Numbered from the stretch's first letter, positions 1 through 10,048 are shown. The stretch is 64,000 nt of DNA from Clostridiales bacterium PH28_bin88 (GCA_000987045.1 LAKY01000049.1:37735-101734), one strand, 5' to 3'. The notes: a model not told the origin generated them from the sequence alone. A program made the numbers and translations.

Positions 1-291
1 CACGGCTACAGTTACCGAGATGAGGTAGACAAAGATAAGGGCTAAGGGCAGCCAGTCCAGGGGGTGATCCAGGCGGTCGGGATCAAGTCTAACGAGCCGG
101 TCAGCCAGGGACACGAGAAACGTCGCAGCCACCACCTGGTGGGTCAGGAGCATCTCGGGAGCGAAAAACAATCCCCTAAGAAAGGGTGGATAGAAAAAAA
201 GCAGTGCCAGCCCGAACACGGCGAAGGGTCGCAGGCTTAGATTCAAGACCGGGGGACTTTTCGCAGGTGCTACAGTTCCACTGGGTACCAT
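1..291 (-). CDS. O-antigen ligase/polymerase-like membrane protein, N-terminal part (gene runs off the left edge)
   Basis: Not in the ORF track because it is at the edge. The reverse strand reads GGAGG-N6-ATG (ATG at 291), then MVPSGTVAPAKSPPVLNLSLRPFAVFGLALLFFYPPFLRGLFFAPE. This is paralogous to the N-terminus of the 3824-6244 protein (FGLALLMFYPPYFRGLFFPPE). Confidence 0.5.
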   Translation of the reverse strand, partial: MVPSGTVAPAKSPPVLNLSLRPFAVFGLALLFFYPPFLRGLFFAPEMLLTHQVVAATFLVSLADRLVRLDPDRLDHPLDWLPLALIFVYLISVTVAV

Positions 292-402
292 ACGCTTCCT
301 CCGAAGGGTGACAAATTCTCATTATTTAGCCAAACTAGTATAATTTTTCAACTAAACTGGCGATAGGAATTCGGCATCTAAATATAACCATTAAATTAAT
401 GT

Positions 403-447
403 TAAAAGCGCAAGAGCCCCGTCTTCCACCCGGGACAACGGGGCTCT
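403..447 (-). terminator. Rho-independent terminator of the 470-2239 gene
   Basis: Stem AGAGCCCCG / CGGGGCTCT at 413-447, followed on the minus strand by a T-run (plus-strand aaaagcg). Confidence 0.6.
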
Positions 448-469
448 AAATACCCCATTTTGACTGAAC

Positions 470-2239
470 CTAGATCTCGCCTACCTGGGCCAGCATCCGC
501 TTGATCATGACCACACTTTCAGCCCGGGTGGCGTTTACCAGCGGGGCTAACGTGGTAGCCGTGCGGCCCTTGGCGATGCCGGTGTTGACGGCCACCGCAA
601 CAGCGATGCGGGCCCAGGCCTTGATGCCGGATGCATCAGCATAACCAGCCAAGGCTTGTTCCACCTCGGCACCGGTCAAGGCAACCGGCTTGCCGGCTAC
701 TTCCAGGGCACGGGTAACCATGGCCGCCATCTCCTGGCGGGTGATCTTCTGGTCCGGCCTGAAGGTGTTGTCCTCGTAGCCGACCACCAGGCCTACCCGG
801 CGGGCGGTTTCCACCTCGCCAAAGTACCACTTGTCAGCGGATATATCCGCGAAGGTGGCCTTGGCCGACTTCTCCGCCTTGTACCCGAGGGACCTTAACA
901 GCAGGGCCGCGAACTCGGCACGGGTGATCTCCCGGTCAGGCTCGAAGCGGGTGGAATCCACACCCTGGGCGACGTGCCTGGCCGCCATGATCTCGATGTC
1001 CTTCCAGCCCCAGTGGCCCTTGATGTCGGCAAAGGTCTTGTCGTAGGCCATCACGGTGTACTTGCTGAAGGAACTCAGACCCACGGATACCGTCCCATCG
1101 GCATTAACTTTACCGCCCACGTAGTCCCACGTTCCGGTGGTTTCGTTGTAACGGTAGACACCCAGCTTCCATGCGGGCACATCGCCCAGCTTACCCTTGT
1201 CAACGGGTAGGGTAACCCATACCCGCTGGGTAAAGGAACTGATCCTGGTCGACGTCCCGGTAGCGCTAACCACGTTCAGGTTAAACTCCAGGACTTTACC
1301 CGCGGGAACCGCTTCGGGAGCCTTGGTTTCCAGCAATGGCGCGGCCTGGGTATCTTCCACCACCTTGGCGGCCAGCTCCAGTTTGGCGCCGGTTACCAGG
1401 AGGTTCTTGACCTCCGGTGCGGCCAGTAAGGCCGGGGGCAGCAGGAAGGTACCCACCTGGGTTTCCACCCGGATGGCTTTCTGGGCGTTAGCCACGGCCG
1501 TTACCGCCTGGGCGGGAATCTGGGTTTTCACCTCGGAAACGCCGGCGGTTTCAGGCACCTTGATGGCAATCGCCGTGGCCTGACTGTCCTGCTTCAACTG
1601 TTTTGTCACTGACTCGGCATCCACAGTGGCCGTGGCGGTATTGCCGCTGACCACCGGTTTGGTCTCGATGGGCTGTCCGGGTGTGACTGCCGGAGGTGCG
1701 GCTATACCGCCGCCACCACCGCCCTCAGGTGGTTTCCCCTTGAACTCGAGGTAGACGCTTTTCAGGTTTCCGCTGTCGTCGTAGAAAGCGAGTTCATAAA
1801 CCCCTGGGGGGAAGACCTGGCCGTCGCAAACAAAAGTGTAGACCAGCTCGTAAACAGCATAACCGGTATAGGTGGCGCCACTAACATCCTCCAGGTAAAC
1901 AGTCTGGTAAACAAAGCTGCCAACCTTAAGCTGCATCCACATGTTCTCAAACTCCGTGGGAGTAACGGGTTGCAACTTGATCTTCACCTTGTACTCCTTA
2001 CCCTGGCTGTCGGACTGGTAGATGGTGGCCAGCGATTCCTGAGTGGGATTCTCCGTGTTTTGGGAACCCTTCGACGGGTTGCCTTCATCACTAATAGTCA
2101 CTTTCCCATTGGAATCTTTCAAACCGGCATGCGCGGCGTCTACCCCGACGGTGGAAAACACCATGGAGAAAAGGAGGGCCGCAAAGACAATCAGGCAGAC
2201 GTTGCCCGCCCATTGCTTATTGAGGCGTAAGATGCTCAT
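470..2239 (-). CDS. Secreted cell-surface protein with three C-terminal SLH domains
   Basis: N-terminal signal peptide and a poly-Gly linker. Three SLH repeats are present (FADIKGHWGWKDIEIM...ITRAEFAALLLRSLG; FADISADKWYFGEV...ITRQEMAAMVTRAL; NATRAESVVMIKRML). Confidence 0.85.
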   Translation of the reverse strand: MSILRLNKQWAGNVCLIVFAALLFSMVFSTVGVDAAHAGLKDSNGKVTISDEGNPSKGSQNTENPTQESLATIYQSDSQGKEYKVKIKLQPVTPTEFENMWMQLKVGSFVYQTVYLEDVSGATYTGYAVYELVYTFVCDGQVFPPGVYELAFYDDSGNLKSVYLEFKGKPPEGGGGGGIAAPPAVTPGQPIETKPVVSGNTATATVDAESVTKQLKQDSQATAIAIKVPETAGVSEVKTQIPAQAVTAVANAQKAIRVETQVGTFLLPPALLAAPEVKNLLVTGAKLELAAKVVEDTQAAPLLETKAPEAVPAGKVLEFNLNVVSATGTSTRISSFTQRVWVTLPVDKGKLGDVPAWKLGVYRYNETTGTWDYVGGKVNADGTVSVGLSSFSKYTVMAYDKTFADIKGHWGWKDIEIMAARHVAQGVDSTRFEPDREITRAEFAALLLRSLGYKAEKSAKATFADISADKWYFGEVETARRVGLVVGYEDNTFRPDQKITRQEMAAMVTRALEVAGKPVALTGAEVEQALAGYADASGIKAWARIAVAVAVNTGIAKGRTATTLAPLVNATRAESVVMIKRMLAQVGEI

Positions 2240-2378
2240 TTTCTCACCTCCTTTCTTCCTGCTATAGCTTTTTTAAACTATTCATAAAAATAATACCACA
2301 GTTGGTCCCTTTTTCCAAGACATTTCTCAACATTATTAAGGCCTTCCCCGCTTTTTTTAGGAAGGCCCTCTCATTGCG

Positions 2379-3680
2379 TTATGAACTTGCCGTCCTCCCG
2401 CCAGCGGCATTGGTTGCAGGCGCGGAGGTGCGCCAGTACTCCAGGAAGTAGGCCAGGAACACGCTCACCATTACCCCCAGCACCCCGGCAATGGCCACGT
2501 TCAGCATCTTCCGGGGAGCTACCGGGTGTTTGGGTTCCATGGCCGGGGCAGCCACGCTGATCTGGGTGTCGCTCCGCTCCAGGGAGCCGGCGATGCGGGA
2601 CTCCTCGTACTTGGAGGAGAGCAGGTTGTAATTGCCTCTAAGCTGGTTGATCTTGGTAAGCAGCTTATCCTGTTCCGCCTGCTTTTGCGCCAGCTCCACC
2701 TGCAGGCCTTCCAGTTCCTGCCGGGTGGCCTTGATAGCCTCTTGAACGGCTTTCTCCTCGGCTTTTAACTGGGTAACGCGCAGGTTAAAGTCATTGATCT
2801 TTTGCTCCAGGTTTATGTAAGTAGGATTGATCTCCTCGCTCCGCATGTTGACAAGGGCAGCTTCTTCGGGTTTGGCCTGGAGCCTTTCCCGGACTACCTC
2901 CTGCAGGAAGGGGTCGTCGGACAGACTCTTACTTGTAACGAGCTTGTCCGGGGTCTGTTTTAGCCGCGCGCGGGCCTCTTCCAATCCCCTGATGTTGCTC
3001 TCCAGCTCTACCTGGTTGGTAACAGTTCTCGACTTGAATTCAGTGAGAAGCTTGGTCTTGGCTTCAATTTCCTGCTGGATCTCCGCTACACCCCGGGGCT
3101 GGCTGAGAAACTGCTTGTACCTGTCCATGGCAGCGTTAAGTTCCTCTTCCTCCTTTGTCACCTGGACCTTCAACACCTCGGTGGAGGTAGACAAAAGCTT
3201 GCGGTTTTCGCTGTTGACATAGGTGACAAACTCCTCGGCCACGGTGTTGGCCAGCTGCTGGGCCAGTTTGGGGTCATCAGACCTAACGATCACTCGCAGC
3301 AGGTTGGTGTCTTTCGGGGCTTCTATGGTGATGGCCTTCTGCAGCGATTCCACGTCGTATTTCCCGGGATCCAACTGCAGCTTGCTGATCACCTGATTTA
3401 AGACCACCGGGTTGCGGGCGATAAATTTGTATGATTCCATGGACATCTGCCAGTTCTGGGCCAGAGACTCCACAATGGCAGTGAGCGAGGTGGCGGCCTC
3501 GTCCCGGATCTTCAGATTGGGCAGGTTAACCCAGAGGGTGGCCCTGGCTTCGTAGGTGGGGGCAAGGACAAAAAAGCTCAACACCCCGCTGGTCAACACG
3601 GCAACTATTGTCAGGATGGCGATCATCCATTTCCACTTGAGCAGTACCTCGATCAATTCTCTCAGGGATACTTCTTCCAT
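2379..3680 (-). CDS. Wzz/polysaccharide co-polymerase (chain-length determinant) family protein
   Basis: N-terminal Wzz motif and TM segment (LKWKWMIAILTIVAVLTSGVLSFFVLAPTYEA), a long coiled-coil periplasmic region, and a C-terminal TM segment. Confidence 0.75.
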   Translation of the reverse strand: MEEVSLRELIEVLLKWKWMIAILTIVAVLTSGVLSFFVLAPTYEARATLWVNLPNLKIRDEAATSLTAIVESLAQNWQMSMESYKFIARNPVVLNQVISKLQLDPGKYDVESLQKAITIEAPKDTNLLRVIVRSDDPKLAQQLANTVAEEFVTYVNSENRKLLSTSTEVLKVQVTKEEEELNAAMDRYKQFLSQPRGVAEIQQEIEAKTKLLTEFKSRTVTNQVELESNIRGLEEARARLKQTPDKLVTSKSLSDDPFLQEVVRERLQAKPEEAALVNMRSEEINPTYINLEQKINDFNLRVTQLKAEEKAVQEAIKATRQELEGLQVELAQKQAEQDKLLTKINQLRGNYNLLSSKYEESRIAGSLERSDTQISVAAPAMEPKHPVAPRKMLNVAIAGVLGVMVSVFLAYFLEYWRTSAPATNAAGGRTASS

Positions 3681-3823
3681 TTACCCCGGCTCCTCTCTTC
3701 CTTTGCTGCTTTGCTGCAACGTCCCCTTGCATAGGTTTCTACAGTTACCCCGGATCTCCTGCCAAAAATCCAGTTAAATTGAGGCAACACCCACCAGCCA
3801 AGTACTTTTCTAGTGGAGTGCCG

Positions 3824-6244
3824 TTAAGGAATAACAGGAAGCTTCTTCAGGTTTTCAAACTCTTTTACCATAGTGGAACCGGCTTCAATGGACTGCTGGA
3901 AGAATTTTTTTGCTTCCTCGGTCTTGCCCTGCTTTTCCCGCAGAAGACTTAGCCACAGAAGAGCGTCGCCTTTCGTGGTCTGGTTTTTGGACGCTGCGCT
4001 CAACTGGGCTTCAGCCTCTTTCCACTGGTTGAGGAAGTAGTTGCTGATACCGGCGCTCAGCTGCACCCGGGGGGCGTTTTGGAAGCTCTTCCACCCCGGC
4101 CAGAGTTTCTTTTCGGTCTCGCCCAAATTTGTCGCTCTGCCGGCCATTTCACCCGGGAGGGCGGCGGCTTTGCGTAAATAGTCCTTCGCCTTACCGGCGT
4201 CTCCCCCAGCCAGGGAATTGATACCAGAGATGGTGTAGGCCCAGGCGAGGTTCTCCCACGGGTCATCCAGCCAGGGGGCCAGGTCCCTGGCTTCCTCCAG
4301 CAGGGCCATCCCCTGCTCCGGCTCCCGGTTGTTGAATACTATTTCCGCCTTGATGGCGGGCATTTTCCAGTTCATCCGATCCTTGGAAATAGCTTGGTCA
4401 ATCAGCTGCATTGCTTTATCCCGCTTGCCCTGGGCGGCATAGAATTTACCCAGGTCCGCCAGGTAGCTGGCCGAAAAACGGTCGTATACCCTTGCTTTTT
4501 CAAACATGGCGATAGACTGTCCCAGGTTGTTGTTATTCAGCTCTGTAATTCCTTTTCTTGCATAGGAATTCCCTGCCAATAGCGTACCTGCCACTATTAC
4601 CAGGAGCAGAGAGGCGGCCGCAGTACCACCCAGGTATCCCCACCGGCTGCTGAAAAACTGCCTGGCAGGCAGGGCCGTTCCAGCGGGTTCCGTGGTCCGC
4701 TGCTCCGCCCTGGTGAGGCCGAATAACGCCCATAATAATATGGCTACGGAGGACAACGCCAGGTCGAAGTCGATGAAGGCATGGGCCCCCAGGCTCACCA
4801 TAGCAGCCAAAACCGCCCCCTGGCGCAGCCGCTCAGAAGGAGAGCCACGGCGGTAGTTCCGCCACCCGGTGTATAAAGTGAGCAGCCACACACCTATAAA
4901 CAGCAACAGCCCGATGGTGCCCACTTCCAGCCACAACTGCACCCAGTCGTTGTGCACCTGGGTGGAGTTATACTGGTAGCCCTGGTAGCTGCGGTAGGTA
5001 GCCTCCCAGGCCCCCCCGCCCAGGCCCACCACCGGGTTTTGCTTCAAGATCCTCAAGGCGTCTTTGGTCCAGTAGATCCGGTCCTGGCTGCTCTTGGTCT
5101 CCAGGCTGATGTCCTGGATCCTTGCGAGCACTTGCTTGGGGAGCACTTTTTGCGCCAGGGTACCTTCCGCCTTCAGGTCAATCCTGGAACCCGTCACGGC
5201 AATACCGGCGACGAAAACAGCCACCAGTCCTATTGCAACAATAATTTTGCCAAACTTGACTCTTTCAATCAACAACCGCACTAGTAAAAGAAGTGCCTGT
5301 CCCACCAGGGCCGCAGCCGCCCCCAGACCCACCCAGGTCCAGGCGCCGGCCATGTTCTTGGCCAAGATCGAGGGGAGCATCTTGTAGTTGCCAATTACGG
5401 CAGCGAGGGCGGTCAAGGCCATATGGGCTGCCAGGTACCCCCAATATACCCGCGGTGTCAGGGCGAATAAAAGGATTACCGCCAGGGGATAGACCAGGTA
5501 GCCGCCCCGGGAACCGGTGGCGATAAAGATCAACAGCAGGATATAGTTGCCCACCGCATAGGGGAAGCGCCAGGGAGTAGATGCCTTACCCCACAGGTAG
5601 AACCCCAGGAGGCTGACCGCGCCCAGGTAGCTGGCTAAAGTGTTGGGGTACTGCATGGTGGAAAAAATCCGCCCGCCGACGAAGCCGTCTTTGATATGTA
5701 CTACACCCACGGCGGTGAGGAAACCAGCCGCCGCCACCCCGACGGCGCTTAGGTAGATGACGTTAATCAGGACGTCCGCCCGGCGGCTGTCCCTCGCCAG
5801 CTGGGATACCAGCCAGAAGACCAGGAAGTAGATGGAGGCCTTGACGGCGCCGTCCACCGCCAGGCGCTTGTTGGCGGCCCAGAAGACAGCCAGCCAGTAG
5901 AGCACGGCCAGCCCCACGGCCAGCCAGTCCACCGGCCGGGCTAAAAATGAGACCTCCCGCCGGCTGAGCTTCCACAGCCAGGTGACAAAGAAAAGGACTG
6001 AAGCGACAATGAGCGTCCATTCCTGCTCGGGCGGGAAGAAAAGACCGCGGAAATACGGGGGGTAAAACATGAGTAACGCTAGGCCGAAAAATGCGATTTC
6101 GTAGAAGATGGGATTACCCTTAACGCTGCCGGATGCGGCGTGTTTCACGCCGGTCTTTTCAGGAGCAGAGTCCGGCGTCGCTCCGACAGTTTTTTTCCCT
6201 TTGCTAACTTTACCCGTATTACCTTTACTCGCCGCTTTAACCAT
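3824..6244 (-). CDS. O-antigen ligase/polymerase (Wzy_C) family membrane protein with C-terminal TPR repeats
   Basis: Polytopic membrane protein with a GSRGGYL motif and a TPR-like C-terminus. I prefer the start MVKAASKG at 6244 (GGAGG upstream) over the track start at 6331. Confidence 0.7.
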   Translation of the reverse strand: MVKAASKGNTGKVSKGKKTVGATPDSAPEKTGVKHAASGSVKGNPIFYEIAFFGLALLMFYPPYFRGLFFPPEQEWTLIVASVLFFVTWLWKLSRREVSFLARPVDWLAVGLAVLYWLAVFWAANKRLAVDGAVKASIYFLVFWLVSQLARDSRRADVLINVIYLSAVGVAAAGFLTAVGVVHIKDGFVGGRIFSTMQYPNTLASYLGAVSLLGFYLWGKASTPWRFPYAVGNYILLLIFIATGSRGGYLVYPLAVILLFALTPRVYWGYLAAHMALTALAAVIGNYKMLPSILAKNMAGAWTWVGLGAAAALVGQALLLLVRLLIERVKFGKIIVAIGLVAVFVAGIAVTGSRIDLKAEGTLAQKVLPKQVLARIQDISLETKSSQDRIYWTKDALRILKQNPVVGLGGGAWEATYRSYQGYQYNSTQVHNDWVQLWLEVGTIGLLLFIGVWLLTLYTGWRNYRRGSPSERLRQGAVLAAMVSLGAHAFIDFDLALSSVAILLWALFGLTRAEQRTTEPAGTALPARQFFSSRWGYLGGTAAASLLLVIVAGTLLAGNSYARKGITELNNNNLGQSIAMFEKARVYDRFSASYLADLGKFYAAQGKRDKAMQLIDQAISKDRMNWKMPAIKAEIVFNNREPEQGMALLEEARDLAPWLDDPWENLAWAYTISGINSLAGGDAGKAKDYLRKAAALPGEMAGRATNLGETEKKLWPGWKSFQNAPRVQLSAGISNYFLNQWKEAEAQLSAASKNQTTKGDALLWLSLLREKQGKTEEAKKFFQQSIEAGSTMVKEFENLKKLPVIP

Positions 6245-6373
6245 AATAAAATAATACCTCCACTGACTCCGCAAAGTTATAAAATGAGCTTTCAGGTAGT
6301 TTTCGTTTCGCTCAATCAAATCCAAAGCCATCGGTTTTAATTCTGCATTATGTACTTTTCTCCTTTTTTCGGG

Positions 6374-7816
6374 TTAAGAAAAATGTTGGATTAGGATGCT
6401 CAATACGGGAAAACAAAGAGGGACCAGCCCGACCGGCCTGTCCTCTTCCCAGCCTTTTAAAATGCGGTACATCTCATCCTGGCGGGAAGCCATCACCTGT
6501 TGCCATTCCTTGATGCCCTTGTATTCCTCTCTGAAATGTTCCTGATCCTGTCTGATAAGATACGTGTAGGTCACAACCGGTGACGATACCGGCAGGTGGC
6601 GCAGTTTGGACCATGCGCCGGCGCCGTCCAGCGCCCCGGCCCCTGCTTCCACAGGGTTAAAGTGATCAATTGGGCGTGCGCCGGCGATAATGGCCTGTTT
6701 GATAGAAGCAGGCGACGTCTTTAGACCAGACCTGGAGGCACTGTCCAGAAGAAGGGCGACCACGCCCGCCGTGTGGGCGGATGCGATACTGGTCCCCTCT
6801 ACCAGGGAGTAACCGGTGCCCTTCCAGGTCGGGAAGGTGGAAACAGCGCCTCCCGGGGCAATCACTGTAGGTCCCATCATCCCATCCTGCCTGGGCCCCA
6901 CGGAACTGAAGTACCACAAGGTCTCGCGGGGCACCTGGTAACCGTAGTCTTCCTGCCACATGGCCGGGGATATGTACGCCCCCACGCCGATAGCGCTCCT
7001 GGCATTTCCGGGAGTCGCCAGCGAAGCAAGACCCGGCCCCTTGTTGCCAGCCGCGACGGTAAAAACGACGCCATATTGCTCCGTAACCTTGTCAACCAGT
7101 TGGGTAAGGGTATTGTAACCGGAAGTTAAGTCCCTGTAGTCAGCAAGGCTGAGGTTAATCACCCTCGCACCCGCCTGGGCAGCATAACGAATGGCTTCCG
7201 CCACTTTATCCCAGTCCGACTTCCCGTTTTTGTCGAGAGCCTTAATAACCAGAAGTTGGGCGCCCGGGGCAACACCTTTGACGGTACCGTTAGCGGCCAC
7301 CACGCCAGCAACCTGGGTGCCGTGACTGTTTCCGTCGAACCCCAGGATTACCTCGCGAGCCCCGGTTTTTATCTCACTGATCACGAAGGAAATACCCATA
7401 TTTCCGCTGGAGCCCGGAAAACTGGCGGTTCCCTGGGCTAACCGGTACTCGCGGAGCGGAACCTCGTTGCCCAGGTTCCGGTCACCATCGGTGTCGACAT
7501 ACACCAGGTCAAAACGGCCCGCCTCCCACGGGTCGGTCACTACCACCAGGAACCGGTCTGAAGTTACACCGTTGTTATTCAAGTCCAGTCCAGCTCTGGC
7601 TTCCTCCCAAAACCCGTAATAGAAACTGCCGCTCTGGGAGTACAGTCTTTTAAAGTTATACTGCTGTCCACCAATGGTATAGCTGTCTTGCCCAGAAGCG
7701 ACCCTTTGGCCGTTTAATAATGTGAACCCCATCTTGCCCGATTTTCCATCCACACTTTCCAGTTCACCATAAAAATCATATTTACTTCCAAACTGCTCCA
7801 TCAAGCGGTTGACCAT
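6374..7816 (-). pseudogene. Fragment of an SLH/S8 subtilisin-like protease paralogue; lacks the SLH domains and the Asp-box region and has a divergent C-terminus
   Basis: Aligns to residues of roughly 195-690 of the 10066-13299 protein (MVNRLMEQFGSKYDFY..., GHGTQVAGV, GTSIASAHTAG). The segment carrying IAIIDTGID is missing. Homology stops abruptly near 7850, where a PIN fragment on the other strand begins. Confidence 0.7.
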
Positions 7817-8033
7817 GGCCGCGGCCTCAGCCCTGGTGGCTAACTCGCTGCGGAGGTTGCAAGAGGCCGGATTAACGGCTATGGACGCCCTTCACATATC
7901 ATGTGCCGAAAAAGGTAAAGCCGACGCCTTGCTCACTACCGATGACAAGTTGGTCCGACAGTCTGCGCGAACGAAAGCTCTGATCAAAATCAAGGTAGCA
8001 AATCCGATTAACTGGCTAATGGAGGTGCTTTGA
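7809..8033 (+). pseudogene. C-terminal fragment of a PIN-domain nuclease (copy of 16987-17427)
   Basis: From LQEAGL onward (about 7856) it is near-identical to the C-terminal third of the 146-aa PIN protein. The N-terminal catalytic part is absent. Confidence 0.75.
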
Positions 8034-8239
8034 TGATACAGGATCAAGCCGCAACTCCCAATCAAATCAGGAAAGCCGGGATAGATGCCTTATCTAAAAC
8101 CCTCGGTCCCGTAGGGATGACACGGTTTTTACAGCAGTTCGACCCAGGAAAAGGTGATTATACCAAAGAAAGAGAGCAGTGGCTTGGCGGAATAAGCATC
8201 GAACAGGTCGTCAAAGAGGTTCATCGAGAGATGGATTAA
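8030..8239 (+). CDS. Small protein partnered with the PIN nuclease (putative antitoxin), orphan copy
   Basis: 69 aa, near-identical to 17428-17634. Its start overlaps the stop of the PIN fragment (TGATG). Confidence 0.6.
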   Translation: MMIQDQAATPNQIRKAGIDALSKTLGPVGMTRFLQQFDPGKGDYTKEREQWLGGISIEQVVKEVHREMD

Positions 8240-8352
8240 CCAGTCTTCTGGGGAGCAACTTGGCCTATTACCAGGTCCGAATTTTCGATTTGAAGGTCGG
8301 GATCAGAGAGTTGCCTTGATGCTATGACACCTAACGTATTCTTCTTATGATA

Positions 8353-8386
8353 GGGCTTACCTTTAATTCAAGGGAAAGCCCTTTTC
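8353..8386 (+). terminator. Rho-independent terminator after 8030-8239
   Basis: GGGCTTACC...GGGAAAGCCC stem followed by TTTT. The equivalent structure follows the second copy at 17643-17680. Confidence 0.6.
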
Positions 8387-8589
8387 ACATCGCAAGGAGG
8401 ACCTTCAAGCATAATAACAGTTGCTCCGAATGGGGGAATGCGGTATCGCCCATCCCGTCTGAAGGTTGCGGCTACTGCCGCTGCCGCGAGTGGCCGCCAT
8501 GTTTGTACGCACTGTGCTCAAATTTTATTCGCGCTATCTTCGCCATCTTTAATCACCCACTAAACTTCTATCTTCTATCAAAACTTCTA

Positions 8590-9054
8590 TCGAAACCGCC
8601 CATTCACCTCTCGCCTCTATAGGCGAGAGGATAAATGGGCGGTCGGGCGTTAGCCCGGTAATGTTTGTTGATAATTGCTAAAAGTTGCTGAAAATATAAT
8701 CAGTAACTCATTCGCTAAAGTTCTGGTGTAATAATGAAACTTGACAGCAATTATCATTCAGTGTTCAAGCTGACTTATCACCTTGTCCTGGTGGTCAAGT
8801 ACCGCCGGAAGGTGATTAACGACCAGGTTGCTGCACGCATCAAGGAAATTGGCGAGTATATCGCGCCAAGTTACGCCAAAGGGAAAAGATTGAATCCCCA
8901 TAGTCCTGGCGCACGCGACTTCGTTCTTCTGGGTCAATCGAAAATTTTGCCAGCAGGTAGTAGGTATAAGAATTATGGCTCAACAATCAGTAAATACCTG
9001 ACTATTGAGCCTTTTACGCAAAACTTCCGATTGTCCCCTCTAAGAACCGTCCCG
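8590..9054 (+). mobile_element. Degenerate IS200/IS605-family element (left-end hairpin, truncated tnpA, conserved right-end module)
   Basis: Long imperfect palindrome CCGCCCATT..CTCTCGCC-tctata-GGCGAGAG..AAATGGGCGG at about 8598-8645. A tnpA N-terminal fragment follows, then a module (8839-9054) that recurs at 14283-14437 and 17811-18030. Confidence 0.55.
8734..8880 (+). pseudogene. tnpA: IS200/IS605 Y1 transposase TnpA, N-terminal about 48 aa only
   Basis: MKLDSNYHSVFKLTYHLVLVVKYRRKVINDQVAARIKEIGEYIA matches the conserved YHxVxxxKYRRKV start of IS200-type TnpA. The HUH and catalytic Tyr regions are absent. Confidence 0.6.
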
Positions 9055-9060
9055 ATTCCC

Positions 9061-9399
9061 TTAAACAATTTCAACAAACCCTATTAAAATATCTGCCACT
9101 TCTTTCACGATGTCTTTTGGTGCTTTTTCATAAAAAGATACATTTCTAGCGTGTATGTCTAAAGCTTTTACCTGTTCACATATAATAACTCCTGTTGTTT
9201 TAGTTCTTTCATCCAGTTCTATATGAAGAGGAAAATCTCTGTTTGTGTTAGTAATAGGGCATACCATGGCTATTTTAGTAAATTTATTATAGGAATTATT
9301 ACTAACAACCAATGCAGGTCTTGTTCCTTTTTGTTCATGTCCTGCTTGTGGATCAAATTCTAAAAATACAATATCACCTTGCTCTGGTATATATCCCAT
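9061..9399 (-). CDS. mazF: MazF/PemK-family endoribonuclease toxin
   Basis: YIPEQGDIVFLEFDPQAGHEQKGTRPALVVSNNSYNKFTKIAMVCPITN is the classic MazF/PemK signature. The region is AT-rich. Confidence 0.9.
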   Translation of the reverse strand: MGYIPEQGDIVFLEFDPQAGHEQKGTRPALVVSNNSYNKFTKIAMVCPITNTNRDFPLHIELDERTKTTGVIICEQVKALDIHARNVSFYEKAPKDIVKEVADILIGFVEIV

Positions 9400-9647
9400 T
9401 AAAACACCTCTTTACCCGTTGGTTTTCCAGTATCCCATTCGCTACACGTATAATCTCCTTTATACTCGGCTATTCTTTCTTCTAATGTTTTATGTTTTTT
9501 AACGGGAACAATGACCAGATTGCCATCTATAACTTTTATTTCTACCTTATCATTTTCATTGAGTTGTGCCATTTCAAGAATAGCCTTCGGGAGTCTTACC
9601 GCCTGACTATTTCCCCACTTTTGAATTGTGGTATACATATCCATCAC
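9399..9647 (-). CDS. mazE: MazE/AbrB-fold antitoxin
   Basis: IQKWGNSQAVRLPKAILEMAQL is a SpoVT/AbrB swapped-hairpin motif. Its stop overlaps the mazF start. Confidence 0.85.
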   Translation of the reverse strand: MMDMYTTIQKWGNSQAVRLPKAILEMAQLNENDKVEIKVIDGNLVIVPVKKHKTLEERIAEYKGDYTCSEWDTGKPTGKEVF

Positions 9648-9658
9648 CTCTCACTCGA

Positions 9659-9687
9659 AGTATATACCTTGTATCTACATCTGTCAA
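9659..9687 (-). promoter_or_regulatory. Sigma-A type promoter of mazEF
   Basis: The minus strand reads TTGACA-17 nt-TATACT about 12 nt upstream of the mazE ORF region. Confidence 0.6.
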
Positions 9688-9741
9688 TGATTGTTTTGCC
9701 TTAAAACATGTCTCGGAGTACCAGTCACCATCTCCAATAGG

Positions 9742-9808
9742 CTATCTTTCCTGTTTAATTTTTTCTGCCAACCACAACTTAATCATGGTCTGATAAAGGT
9801 TCCCTTTA
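9742..9808 (-). pseudogene. 3-prime fragment of a BrnA-like antitoxin gene
   Basis: Nucleotide-level copy of the last 65 nt or so of 16155-16484. It is fused at about 9809 to a DUF4258 fragment. Confidence 0.55.
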
Positions 9809-9960
9809 CCTCGGGAGGCAGAGAGAGTTGAACATGTAAAGGTCTTCCCTTCTTTGTTTGACGTAAATAAGGCAGCTTGGTGAATATTTATCTTCAGGAT
9901 ACTCTTCGACAATTTCTCCGGTTAAAATCACTTCTTCTACTTCCAACCTATCGATCGACC
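9809..9960 (-). pseudogene. DUF4258-family toxin fragment (1-nt deletion, 3-prime end missing)
   Basis: Copy of the internal part of 15664-15960 (DRLEVEEVILTGEIVEEYPEDKYSPSCLIY). A frameshift follows, and the C-terminal IVVITIYEPDP part is lost. Confidence 0.65.
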
Positions 9961-9980
9961 TCCGGTGATTGTTTTCAGTG

Positions 9981-10048
9981 CCTGCAAGACACAGGAACCG
10001 TCCCCATGTCTTCTGCCTGCAAGACACCGGGAACCGTCCCCATGTCTT
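9981..10048 (+). repeat. Two tandem units of the GAACCGTCCCCATGTCTT arm motif
   Basis: cctgcaagacacaggaaccgtccccatgtctt followed by ctgcctgcaagacaccgggaaccgtccccatgtctt. Confidence 0.9.

Noticed and set aside
8347-8622. 91-aa plus-strand ORF between the PIN partner gene and the IS remnant
   Set aside because: It spans a terminator hairpin and the IS left-end region. It has no RBS and Cys/Arg-rich odd composition.
9981-10048. Possible CRISPR array (tandem 33-36-bp repeat units)
   Set aside because: There are only two directly abutting units with no spacers and no cas genes. The motif belongs to the dispersed GGGGAC-hairpin family.
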